The notes beneath the pieces were generated by a model. That model was not told the DNA's origin and searched no databases. It was given only the letters and a program-made list of their open reading frames with translations. A program made the translations under genes and the position numbers. A stretch of DNA of 64,000 nucleotides, taken from Cyanophora paradoxa CCMP329. Its lineage: Eukaryota; Plantae; Glaucophyta. Positions within the stretch are counted from its first letter, which is position 1. Every line of letters starts with the position of its first letter. The stretch covers positions 611,463-675,462 of the forward strand of contig QPMI01000496.1 of the NCBI GenBank assembly GCA_004431415.1, written 5' to 3'. This document shows, in pieces, positions 52,275 to 64,000 of the stretch.

Positions 52275-54284
52275 ATGTCTGGATGTGGAAGTCGCGCGGC
52301 GGCGAAACGAGCCCGCATCGATGAGCCGGCGGCTCCGCCAGCGACGGCCGCGGAAGCGATCCACATGCAAGCGGCGGTAGCGTTCATGATCAACGCGCTT
52401 CCCGACGCGTTGCTGGGCTGCGTCTTCAAGGCGCTCGGTGTGCAGGGGAGCTGGCCCCTGCGCGGCGTGTGCAGGTTCGCTTATCGCACACGGCGCTAGT
52501 CGCAGCTTACGCCTGTGGCGCTGGATCGCAGGCGGTGGCGGCGGGTGGTTGAGGAGACGGAGTGGCCGAGCTTCGATCTGCGATTCAAGGGCCCGAACAA
52601 GACAGCCGCCGAAGCAGTGTTGTCGTTCGTGGAGAAGCGAACTCGAGAGCTGCAGCTGAGTGCAGGCGCCAGCGTCTCACTGCGACCCGAGTTCGAATTC
52701 GAGTTTGCGACGAGCGACCCGCTGAAGGCGGCGGGTTTCAAGCGGAGCCTCCAGTGCTTAGTTACAGCGACGCTCGAGATTCTCGCAGCGGTCGCCAGAA
52801 GGCAGAGCGGCCCTTTGCAGCCACGGGCGGCGACGGTCGAGCTCATCAGCAGCGAGGACAATCGCGTCCCTAGATCACTTCTCGAGGCCGAGCATGAGGA
52901 CTTTCGCGGGGGGAGGTACCGCTTGGATTTCCTCTCCTCGTTCCTCTTTGGCGTGCTTCGGGCGCTGCAACCAGCGGACGAGCCAGCCAGCGCCAGCACT
53001 CTCGAGAGCCTCAGCATCGGCCTCCACCCAAAGGTCCCCCACGCCTGCTCGACGGACGCTCTGCCGTTCCCCCCGGCCGCCGAGCTGCGGGCCGCGCTGG
53101 CCCCCTTCTGCCAGCTCCAATCCCTCACCCTCTGCTTCGGTGAGCTCGACCAGGGCATCTTCCCGGAGGAGGCGGCGGCCGTCGCCGCCGCCTGCCCGCT
53201 CCTCCGCGCCGTCGCCCTCCATCCGAGGGGGGCGGCGCAGGTGCTGGCGGCCCTCGCGCCCCTGGCGCGCCTCGAGGAGCTGTCCCTCGCGGCGGCCTCG
53301 GCGGACGCGCTCTTCGACGCCAGCCGCGGCCTCGAAGCGCTCGCGGAGGGCCCCGCCGGACGCAGCATCCGGCGCATCGCCTTCTTCCTCAGGAAAGGGC
53401 ACTACAGGTGAGCGGGCGCGCGCGCGCGCCGCGTTCCCGCTTCCCGCTTATATATCCCCGCTTCGTGCACTGCGGCAGGGAGGGCGAGTTCCCGAGGCGA
53501 TCCCCGGGGGCCACTCCCTGTGTGGTTCCCCTCTCCGGCGCCGGCGTGCTCGCTTTCTCGCGGATGCCGAACCTTGAGTCCATCAAGGACATAGAGGTGC
53601 GTACGGTTCGTCGAGGCATCTCGAGCTCATCTCCTCCGGTCGTGCCTCAGCTCTTCTGCCGCTCGTTCGATCCCGCGACTTTCCTCGCCCTGGGCCGCGT
53701 CGCGAGGCTTCGCGAGGCGGGCCTGAGGGTCGCCCTCGAGCAGGGCGGCGCTCCCCTCCTGCGCCTGCTGCCGGAGGTCCTCTCCTCCCTCCCCCGCCTC
53801 TCCAGGCTCGGGCTGGACATCGTCTGTGAGCTCGAGCTCGGGCGCGAGCGAGCGAGCGCCGCGCCCCGCCCCGCCCGGCCGCGGCTGACGGGCCGCGGCC
53901 GGCAGGTCGGACGGCGGAGGCGCCCAGCGAAGGCGACGTCGTCGCCCTCCTCGGGAGCCCCGGGGCGCGCCGCGCCCTCGCGGACCTCGGCCTCTTCTTC
54001 CCCCGCGCCCTGTCCGAGGCTGAGGCCGAGGCCGTCGTCGCGCTGCCGGCGTTGAGGCGCCTGCGCGTCCGCAACCCCGACCACAGCGACCCCGCCTTCT
54101 CCCTCCGGCCCTACGAGGTGCCCTCCTCCCCCTCCCCTCCCCTCCCCTCCCTCCCCCGTCCCTCTTCGAGCCGCCCGAGGTCCTCGCCGGGGGCCTGCGG
54201 CCGGGGGTAGAGGTGGACTTCGGGTGCGCGGGCGACGTCCGCGGACTCCTCGAGAGGCGCCGCCATCTCGAGGGGCATCAATAA
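52275..54284 (+). CDS. F-box protein with a C-terminal LRR-like (RNI-like) region
   Basis: F-box INALPDALLGCVFKALG...LRGVCR|RWRRVV; LxxLxL repeats (LESLSI, LQSLTL, LEELSL, LSRLGL, LRRLRV). The end is approximate. Confidence 0.8.
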
Positions 54285-54536
54285 GCTCAAAATCACATTT
54301 GCTCAGAGCTCGAGTGAATTTGATCCGCTCTGCCCCGCCCCGGATGCAAATGGCCAGCATGCAATGCCCCCTGCCCCATGCCCTTCAGGCGTGCTCTGCC
54401 CCGCCGTCGGCGGACATCGACATCAAGTATACGTATCTATCACTATTTCCAACACAATCTCGTTGCCTGACAAAGAGGCCTTCGCGAGGCCTGGCCCGCG
54501 GGCCGGGGGTGGCCTAGGCGTGCGAGCAGCCGCCGT

Positions 54537-57500
54537 CTAAACCGAGCCCCGCGGAATAGGGCCCCGCTGGGGCTGGAAGCGCGACGCCGAGCCGCCCGCC
54601 CCGAGGCTCGACCGCTGCGGCGGGCTGAACGGACTCCTCCTCTCCTCTGCCCACCGGCGGGTCAGCCGGGTACAGGTTAGAGCAAAGGGGGGTACCGCAC
54701 CGTGCTGGAACTGCTCGAGGCCGACGCCCGGCGTCACGGGCGAGACGGCCCCGCGCCCCGCCGGCGAGAAGGCGGTCGCGGCGGGGGTGTGCGGCATGGG
54801 GCGCGGCGGCAGCGGCGGGCCCGTGCCCGGGACGGGCGCGCGGGGCGGGCGGGCCGCCTGCCCGCCCCGGCTGGACAAGAAGACGGCGACGGCGGCGGCC
54901 GCGAGGAGGGAGCCGCTGAGGAGGGCGGCGGTGGGGAGGCCGCCGGCGGGCGCCGGGCCCGCCCCGTCGCCGCCGTCGTACAGCACCGAAACGGCCACGC
55001 GCTGCGAGCCCCGGACGATCAGAGGGAGGCGAGAGGGAGGCGAGAAGGGGGTACGCGCCTGGCCGGAGGAGCGGTCGGTGAACTCGACGGGGATACCGGA
55101 CTCGGGGAGGGACGCCCCCTCGCGCACCAGCACCCTCACCTGAGCGGTCGCGAGGGCGCCACCGCTGAGCGGAGGGCGCGTGGAATGTAGGCCGGGGGAA
55201 TCGATCTCGCACCTCGAAGACGCGGAGGCCGGAGGCGGCGGGGGCGGCGGCGGGGAGGGCCGCCACGCCGACGCGCGAGGGGTCCGCCGAGGCCGCCGTC
55301 AGCGCGTCCGTCGCCCCCGCCACCTCCAGCCGCAGCGCCCTTGAGTCCGGCGTCAGCCGCACCTGCGCACGCTCGTGAGCGAGGGGAAGGAGTCGCAGGG
55401 GGGTACGTGTGCGCACGGAGGGCTGGTAGCCGAGGATGAAGAAGGCGGGGGAGAAGGGGACGGAGGCGCGCAGCTCCCGCGAGACGTACCCCTGCGGGAC
55501 GGTGAGGGGGTGGAAGGAAGATCGGGGGGAGGGTGTACCCCGGCGGGGTCAGAGGCGGCGGCGCGGAGGGTGAGGGACGCCGGCGGGGCCGCGGCGGGAT
55601 CGACAGAGGGGGGGTACACGGGGGTCACGATGCACTGCGGACCAGAAAGGGGGCGCACGCGCGTCAGGCACCGGGGGGTACAGGTACGGGAAAAGCCGAA
55701 CGGGCGCACGGCGGGGCCGGAGAGGTCGAACTCAGCGCGAGCCCAGCCCGCCTCGTCGACTGCACAGGAAACGGAGAACCGCTGCTCCGAAAGTGAGCGA
55801 GGAGCGGGCCGAGAGAGGGGTGGAACCGGGGCCGGCGTGGGGGTACCTGGTCGATGAGGGGGGGAGAGCCGGGGCGGGGGGCCGCCGGCGAGAAGCGGAC
55901 GCCGCGGTCGTCCGTCAGGGTCAGGGGAACGCTGGCGTGGGGTGAGGAACAGGCCGCAGGCGAACTGGACGGCGGGGCGCACGAGTAGGAGGCGGGGAGG
56001 CCGGAGTCGGGGGCCGGGCCGCCGGAGACGCGCGGCGGGGGCGCGGCGACCTCCACCGAAGCCACCCGCGAGACCGTCACCTGAGGCGCCTGAGCCACGG
56101 GCGGGCGGGGCGGGGCGGGGAAGGGCGGGAAGGGGGTACGAGGGTCTGGGAGCGTGTGCCGCGGGAGGCGAGCGAGACGCGCGCGACGCCGGCGCCCACC
56201 GCCCGCGCCTCGCCCGTCGCCTCGTCCACGCTGCGGGGTACAGAGTTCAGGGGTCGACACGGGGTACGCGGGGCAGGGCGGGGCGCGGGGCGGGCCTCAG
56301 AACCGACGGGTCGTCCGACTGCCACGCGCCGCCCTCGCCGCCCTGCGAGCGTGCCGCCTCAGCGACGGGCGGGGGGGGGGGTACAAGGAGGTGGAAAAAG
56401 GGACCTGGGTGGGCTGGAAGCGGAGGCGGGCGCCCACGTGCAGCGTCGGCGCGGCGGGCACGATCACCTCCCGAACCACAATCTGGGGAGGGGTACGGGT
56501 TCGATCGGGCGGTCGCGGGGTACAGGTCCCGCTCCGAGCGGGGGTACCTTGAGGAACGCCTCGACCTTGTCGCGGTACCCCACGCGCAGAACGGCGGCGC
56601 CCTCCGCGAGAGCGCGGATCATCACCAAACCGGCGCCAGCCTGCCGCAGAGCATAAAGGAGGAGGAGGGGGGAGAGAAGAAGGGGGGTACGGGGCGCACG
56701 GATCCGTTGAGGGACGCAGAGGCGACGTCGGCGGCGTTCAGGGAGAGGTCCAAGGGGGGTACCTGGTCCAACTTTGAGGGGAGGGGGAAGAAGAGGAACG
56801 GGAGGGGGGCACCTCAAAGCGGCCGCCGAGGGGCGCGCCAGTGTCGTCGCGGAGCAGCGCGCGAACCTCCGCAGTCGACCCCGCCGCCATCTGGGGGAGG
56901 GGGAGAGGGAGAGTGTTGGGGTACGAGGGCGGGGATAGAAGGGGACGGGGGTACCTCAAGGTACTGGGGGGAGGGGGAGAGCAGCTCGAGGGCGGCCGGG
57001 TTGCGGACGCTACGGACGGTTCAGAAAGTTTGGGGGGGGGGGGATCTGCCCCGGGGGTACGGCACCTGACGGCGATCCAGGCGGTCTCGCCGGCGGCGCG
57101 GTCCTCGGCCCGGACGAGGGCGGTACCCGTGGCCGCGCCGGCGCGGAGGCGGCCCGGGGGCCCCTCGAGGAGCGTGACGACGCCGTCCCCGCCCGCGACG
57201 GCGAAAGTGGCCCCGGGGCGGTTCGAGGCGAGGTCCTCGAGGGAGCCCGGGGCGACGAGGGCGTGGGAGGAGGCGAGGGCGGCGAGGGCCGAGCCGGCGG
57301 GGGGCACGCAGCCCGGGGCGCAGGGCGGGCCGCCGGAGGGGACGCCGGCGGGGGGCGCGAAGACCCGCAGCGGCTCGAAGACCGTCACGTCGGCGTGCGC
57401 CTAAGGGAGAGAGGAATGAATAAGAAAGACAGAAGGAAGGAAGGAAGGAATAAGAGTGGACCTCGAGGGCGTCGCGGGAGGGGAAGGTGACGCGGACGGA

Positions 57501-60500
57501 GAGGCGGGCGCGGCCGGCCTGGCGCCCCGCCACGTTCACCCCGAAGTGCTCCGAGTCTTCGAGCGGAGTCAGCGCAGGATGGGGAGGGGGGGACGAGGGA
57601 GATAGGTAGGGAGGATGCCGTACCCTTCTCGTCGAGGGCGACGGCCGCGCCGGCCGAGTCCCACCGGAACGCGATCTCGCTCAGCGCGAAGGTGTACGGC
57701 GTCTCGCCACTGGAGGAGAGCGAGTGAGGGGGGTACGGTTACCCGCACGGAAGATAGCGGGCGTACCCCAAGCCGACGACGTAGGCGGGCACGCGCTCGC
57801 CGACCGCGAGGCGCGAGGTCGGCAGGTGGATCCGTACCCCTGGGGGGCCGAGAGGTCAGGGAAGAAGAAGAGGTGGGGGTACACAAGGGGGGGTACCGGA
57901 GAGGAGGGAGACGGTGAGGTTGGCGCGGGCCTCTCCGAAGGCAGGCCCGTCCCCGCGGACCGGGATGGAGCGGCCGACCAGGGGGGCCGACCCGACGGCC
58001 CGGCCCACAACCAGGAAGCGCGCCGGCGAGGGCGGCGCCTGTACCCCGGGTCGAATCGAGGGGGGTACAGGGGTCTGGCAGGCGGGCGGGCGGGCGGACC
58101 GAGGGGGCGGCGGCGAGGGGCGTGACGTCAGCGATGGTGGCGTCCTCGGGGGACAGCACGATCTGGAGGGGGGGGGTACGGGAAGTGAGGGGGCGGGGGA
58201 AGAAGGCCGGGAGGGGTACGACGCACGCGGGCGCCGGAGCGGGGCCCGCCGGCCACGACGACCTCGCAGGACGAGCCCGGCATGAGGGCCAGGACGGGGG
58301 GTACGATCTCCAGCGGGCCGTACACCTGCGCGGGGCAGTCTGAGGGGGGGGAGAAGACTCGGGGGGTACGGGAGACTGGCGCGCCTCGACGGGGCGGGAC
58401 TCGGACTGCATGGTAGCCCCCGGACGGGGGGTGGCGACGAAGGCGATGCGGGTATCCCCGACGCGGAGGCCCTGGACGCGGTACTCCCCCGGGCGATCGG
58501 GGAGGGGTACGAGGGAGACGGCGGAGGGGTCGCCGGAGACTCTGTGCTCGAGGCCGACGAGGGGGTAGTGCTCCGGGGCGAACGGTCGCCCGTGGGAGTC
58601 CACCAGGGTCGCCCGCAGGGGCAGCTCGGACCCCACCGGGACCTGCGATGGGGGGGGGGTTTTTACGTGAATCCAGAGTTCAGAAAAAAGGCGGGGGGGG
58701 GGGGTACCTTGTCGGCGACGGCGACGTGGATGGCCGCAGGCTCGGCGACGGTGAGGGCGGCGGAGGCGGCGGGGCAGGCCTCCGGGAGCGCGGCGTCGCG
58801 CACGCGCAGCGTCGCCTGCCCCAGCGCCGTCGGCCGCACCGCGCCGTCCTCGGAGAGGGAGAGGGGCCCCGAGGGCGGCGAGAGGGCGAGGGCGTAGCGG
58901 CCCGAGCCGCCGGCCGGCCGCACGCGCAGCTCGACCGACTTGTGCAGCAGCAGCAGCGCCTCCGACGGCTGCACCGAAACAGGCTCCACCAGGACGATCT
59001 GAGGGGGGTACGCGTTCTCAGAACCTTTTCGCGGGAGAAAAAAGGAAAGGGGGGGTACCTGGAGGCGACCCTGCACGTCGAGGCGCGCCGCCGCCATCGC
59101 CTTCGCCGTCGCCGACGCCTGGGGGTACAGGCTCAGCGGAACGCGGGGGGGGGGAAGAAGAGGGGGTAGGGGCACCTGGCGGAGGCCGGCGGGGAGAGCG
59201 GCGCGGTGGAAGCGGTCGGCGTCGTACCCCGTCACGGCCAGCGTGAGGGTCACGGAGCCTGAGGGGTACGAAGCGTAAAAGATCGGCGCTCGGAAGGGGG
59301 TACAGGAGGGAAAGCGAGCCGCGCACCAGGCTTGCCAGAAGGCCGGAGCGCGGCGCCGTCGAGCGGGGAGCCCCCGTGCGTCGCGGAGAGCAGCTGAGGG
59401 GGGTACACAGTCTCAGAACGCTTTCCAGGGGAGGGGGGAAAGGGGGGGAGGGCCCGCACCGCGGCGTCGGAGGGGTACAAGCGCCCGGCGAGGGTAGAGG
59501 CGTTGTGGAAGGCGCGCCCCTCCGCGTCCCACACAGACACCTCCAGGGCCTGGAAAAGGGCGGGTCGGAGGGGGGGTACAGGATGGGGAGGGAGGGGAGG
59601 GGGTACGCACGGCCTCGCGGTCGGCGAGGGCGACGTAGGCGCCGTCGGCGCGCTCGCGGGGGCCGCAGGCGTCCCGGGGCGGGGGCCGGCCGCAGGTGCA
59701 CCGACGCCGGCGGCGCGCACGCGAACTGTGGCGGGGCGGGGCAGGAGCGCGTAAGGGGCGGGGCGGGATGGGGCGGGGGGGAGCGGGGCGGGGGGGAGCG
59801 GGGGGGGGGGGGGGGGGGGGGGGGGCGGCTCGCCTGGACGGTGGCCTGCAGCTCGGCGGGGCGGCGAGGGAGGGCGACGGCCGGTTCGTCACCCGCACGC
59901 GCAGCGGCTGCGCGGGAGGAAACGAGGGGCGGGCACGCGTCAGGCGGGGGCGGGGGCGGAGCGGGATGCGGCTGCTCCCGGGCTCTTAACCTCTCAGGCC
60001 ATGCAGCGCTCTCAGGGCCGGGCGGGCTTGAACCAAGTTCTTAGGTTCTATGTTCTTGGTTCTAGGTTCTTAGGTTCTCTCAGGGCGGGGCGGGGCGGGC
60101 GGGGCGGGGCGGGGCGGAACGAGGCGGGCTTGAATTAGGTTCTGAAATTCTAGGTTCGAAGGCTCTGGTTGCTTAGGTTCTAGGCTCTTAAGTTCTCTCA
60201 GGGCGTGGGGGGCGCGGGGCGGGGCGGGCCTGCTCGTGGAGCTTGAGGCAGAGGACGGTGAAGGCGCGGCGCGAGGCCGAGCCCCCCGCCGCCCCCGCCG
60301 CCTCGGGGGGGACCTCCGCCGGCACCACCGCCGCCTGCGCGGGGGCGACGGGCGCCCGGCTCAGGCGAGGGCACAGGGCGAGGGCGAGGGCAGGCGGGAG
60401 CGGGAGCGGGGGCGGAGCGGGGAGGTGAGAGCGGGGGAGGAGGGAAGGCTGGCCTCGCGCGGGGCAGCGTAGCTTCGGGAAGGGGCAAGGCAGAGCAAGG

Positions 60501-63500
60501 CAGAGCAAGCGGGCGGGCAGGCGCACAGCGTCGGGGTCGGTGCCGGCGGCCTCCGCGTCCACCACGTGCGTCGAGCCGTCCGCCAGCCACGGCAGCGGCC
60601 CGCCCTCCACCTGGGGGGGGGGGAGTCGGGTGGGGGGGTAGGGGGGTAGGGGGGTAGGGGGGCACGGGCGCACGACGAAGGTGGCCTGGGAGCCGAGGGC
60701 GACGAGGACGGGGGAGCCGGGGGGGTACAGGACCCGCAGGGGGGCGTACACCGTCGCGGGGGCGGTCCCGCGGGCCACTCCCTCCCGCATCGAGATCTGG
60801 GGCGGGCAGGGTCAGCCCCGTCTCTTCCCTCCTCCGCTTCCGGCCTCTATCTGGGCGGGACGGGGCCTAGAAATATGCACGAGTCTAGGCATCTACGCGA
60901 GTCAGCCGAGCCCGCCGCCGAGAACCGCCACACAGCCCTAGGCCGCAGAAATCTATCTATCTATCCCACCCGCAGGGCCCGGCCCCCTCTCTCCCCCCCG
61001 CCTTCGACGAGGCGGACCTCGATGGCGGCGCGGCCCTCGCGGAGGGCGGAGAGGGCGAGGGCGGCGCAGGCCCCCGTCGGCTCCTCCTCCTCCGGCGCCT
61101 CCGCCAGCGCCCGCTCCGCCTGCAGGGCCGGCGGGGGGCCCCCCAGGCCCGAGACCTGCACCGGCAGCGCCGAGCAGTTGTCGTACAGCCGCTGCGCCCG
61201 GGCCGCGTCAGTGGACAAACAAAGACGATGCAGGAGGGATGGGCGGGCGGGCGGGGTGCCAAGGAAGCTAAAGCGAGTCCAAGAAAGCGCGAGAGGCTTG
61301 CTATCTCTGCTCGGAGCTGGGGGTGGAGGGGGGGGGGTGGGGGGGTACGGGCGCACGGCATCGCGGTCGGTGGCGGTGACGGGGAGCAGCGCCCGGGAGC
61401 CGACGGGGAGCTCCAGCCCGGGGCCCAGCCCCAGGCTCCCCACCTCGCTCACCACCACCTGCGCGGGGGAGCGGGTCGGGCCGGGCGGGGGTGGAAGAGA
61501 GCTGGAGCGGGGGGGGCAGAGGGCGCACGGTGAGGCTGTCGTTGTTGCGGGGGTTCGCGGGGTCCACGACCGTCACCACCGTCGCGCCCCGCGCCGCGCC
61601 CGTCACAAGCCCTGCGGGGGAGGGGGATGAGAGAGGGGGGGGGGGGGGGGGGGAGAGGAAGGAGGAGGCGGCCGGGCGGGGGGGTACCGGAGCGGGAGTC
61701 GACGGGGGCGACGGCGGGGTCGGCGGAGGACCAGGCGAGGGCCCCCGAGCCGCCGGCCGCGTGCAGCCGCAGCGTGTGCTTCACCGACGGGTCCGCCGGC
61801 AGCACGACGGTCCGCTGCCGCGGCGCCAGCGCAGACGGGTCGAGCGAGAGAAGCGCCTCCCGCTTGGCGGCCTGGGGTACGGGCTCAGGCGGGCCGGGGG
61901 ACGGGAGCCGGAAGGGGTGTACGTACGCGGATCGGCTCGTGGACGGCGGCGGGCTGGCGGGCGGTGACGGGGGTACCGGGCTCCCAGCTCTTTCCCGTCC
62001 TCGCGTTCTGGAGCCGCGGAGAGGCGTGAGACGGGGTACGACGACAGATAAGGGAGCGGGGTACGGCGCACGTGGATGCGGAGGAGGGTAGCGTCGATAA
62101 CGGTGGGGCCAGCGAGGGCCGCGCCCGCGCGGGCGTGCGCGCCGTTCCCCGACGCCCGATGCGGCGCCAGGTGGTCTGGAAAAGCAAAAGCAAGCGAGCG
62201 TCGGATCGGATTCGAGGGAGGAACGAGACGAAGGGGGGGTACGGCACCGTCGAACGCGAGCTCGATCCGGAACTCGGGGGTAACGAGGACCGGGCGGTGC
62301 GAGGCGTCGTAGCACGCCACGTGCACGTCGTACCGCCGGCCCCGCACCTGCGGGAGGGGGACGCTCGAGGCGGGTACGGGAGAGGAAGGGTGGGGGGTAC
62401 GGCGCACAAAGGACCAGACGGAGTCGATGGAGCCCTCGCCGTACCCCGGGGCCCGCCACGCCTCGTCCAGGGGGTCCCGGTCCACCTGGGGGGTACGACA
62501 TCAACGTCGGTTTCCGGCAAGGTGCGAGGGGGGTACGCGCACCCGCAGGTCGGTCTCGGAGGCGGCCAGCTTCAAGTAAGCGGGGAACGTGACGTGCAGC
62601 ACCGCCGACGCCTGGGGGAAGGGGGTACGAAGAAACAGATCAGGTCCGAGGTAGGGGTACGGAAGGTCCGGCACAGGAAGGCGGGGGGGGGTACCTCGCT
62701 CTCCTCGACGGTCGCGTCGCGGACGCGGACAGTCGTCGTACCCGGGGCCAGCGCCGTCACGAGGCCTGGGGGAGGCGGGGTACGTGGGCGGGATCTCGAG
62801 GGTCGCCTAAGGGTTCAAGCGGGAGGGGGTACCGGTGGCGGGGTCGACGTGGGCGACGGACGCGTTGTCGACGGACCAGCGGTACTCCGCCCGCGGCATC
62901 TCCACGTCTGGAAGCACGGTACCCCCCGTCAGGTCACTCCCCCCGGGCGGGGCGGGGCGGGGGTACGGCGCACGGGAGCGCTCGCCGCGGCGGATGTGCA
63001 GCAGGCGGTACTGGAGCGAGGAGGCGGGGGCCAGCCACACGGGCCTTGGGGGGGTAGGGGGCAGAACGAGTTTGCGGGGTACAGGCAGGACATGGCGGGG
63101 GGGGGGCTGGGGGGGTACCGATACGGGTCCAGCTCGAGCTGGTGGACGACGGCGAGCGTGACGGAGGCCGTGACTCCCGCAGTGGTACCCTGCGAGGAGG
63201 GGGGGTTCAGGAGGCTCTTTGGGTGGACGGGGGGGGGGGGGGGGGGGGGGGGTTACCGTGACGCCGGGCTCGGAGAGGGTAGCGGAGACGAGAGCGCGAC
63301 CGGGGGCTGTACCCTGCACCAGGATTTGATCGCTCTGGAGGCCGGCCTCCTCCAGGGCGCGCCGCCGCGGGGAGGCTTTGACGGAGGTACCCCCGAAGGG
63401 CGCCACGGCCAGTACTCCCTCCCGCCGGGTAGTGGGCTCGGCCCGCCACACGAACGGGAGCCCCTCAAGGCTCGAGAAGACGTTGCCTGGCGGCGCCGGC

Positions 63501-64000
63501 TCGAATCCGGGGCGGGGCGGGAAAGGTCCGGGGTGGGGCGGCGCACCCTGCGCGTCGAACCCCTGCACCGAAAGGACCTCCTGCTCGTCCACGTGGATCT
63601 TCTTTACCGTACTGCGGGTGCGCGTGAGCCGGGGCGGCGGGGCGGGCAGCGCGGGGCGCGGCGGGGCGCGGGGCGGGGGTGCGCGCGTGAGGATCTCGAG
63701 GCGGTGCACGCGATTGACGAAGACCTCGCAGCGGAGCGTGCGGCCCGTGACTGCGGCCGCGCTGCCGCGTCGGCGCGGCCCGCGGGCGGCGGGCGGGCGG
63801 GCGGCGCGGCACCGGAGTCCGTAGCGATGACGAGCGCCGTTGCATTTCCTTTGACGCCCTTCGCGACGGAAATGTCGGCGGCGCCGAAGCACTTCGCCGG
63901 GCGACTCCGCTCCGCGGCGGGCGCCAAGCTAGGCTCGCCGTCCTTCCCGCAGTCCACCTCGACTGTGACCTCGTGCAGGTCGATCAGATCGGGCCGCGAC
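54537..64000 (-). CDS. NUP210: Nuclear pore membrane glycoprotein gp210 (5' end beyond window)
   Basis: LRCEVFVNRVHRLEILT|TVKKIHVDEQEVLSVQGFDAQ|GNVFSSLEGLPFVW, then SDQILVQG, YRWSVDNASVA, VEGGPLPW and many Ig-like repeats. A single C-terminal TM (AALLSGSLLAAAAVAVFL) is followed by a Pro/Ser tail. Confidence 0.9.

Overview
GC-rich, intron-dense eukaryotic nuclear DNA with short GT-AG and frequent GC-AG introns. It is probably a primary-plastid alga of glaucophyte type; this is an inference from an MPAF-type transit peptide, a plant-type COX5c and a cyanobacterial-type carotenoid oxygenase. Almost all long six-frame ORFs are GC artefacts, so genes were rebuilt by manual splicing and their ends are approximate. 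Left to right: (1) a four-domain Cav-like channel (minus strand, runs off the left edge) with an atypical S/D/E/E selectivity filter, head-to-head with a tandem cNMP-binding protein; (2) two paralogous membrane-anchored subtilisin (S8) genes separated by about 11 kb of repeat-rich DNA holding Helitron-like ends, a hAT MITE, a TpA-rich pseudogene and a lower-GC gene with three F-type-lectin/discoidin domains; (3) a Tsip1-like DnaJ zinc-finger gene whose start codon lies 53 bp from that of COX5c; (4) a nucleotide-sugar transporter head-to-head with an acetyl-CoA transporter; (5) an orphan protein with a C-terminal GIY-YIG nuclease domain; (6) a chromo-like + ankyrin + KHA-like protein; (7) a plastid-targeted carotenoid cleavage oxygenase, an F-box protein and gp210/NUP210 (runs off the right edge). 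The most striking observations are a recurrent X to X-X'-X micro inverted-triplication mutation signature visible between repeat copies, a possible Helitron-captured lectin gene, the unusual channel filter and the GIY-YIG fusion.
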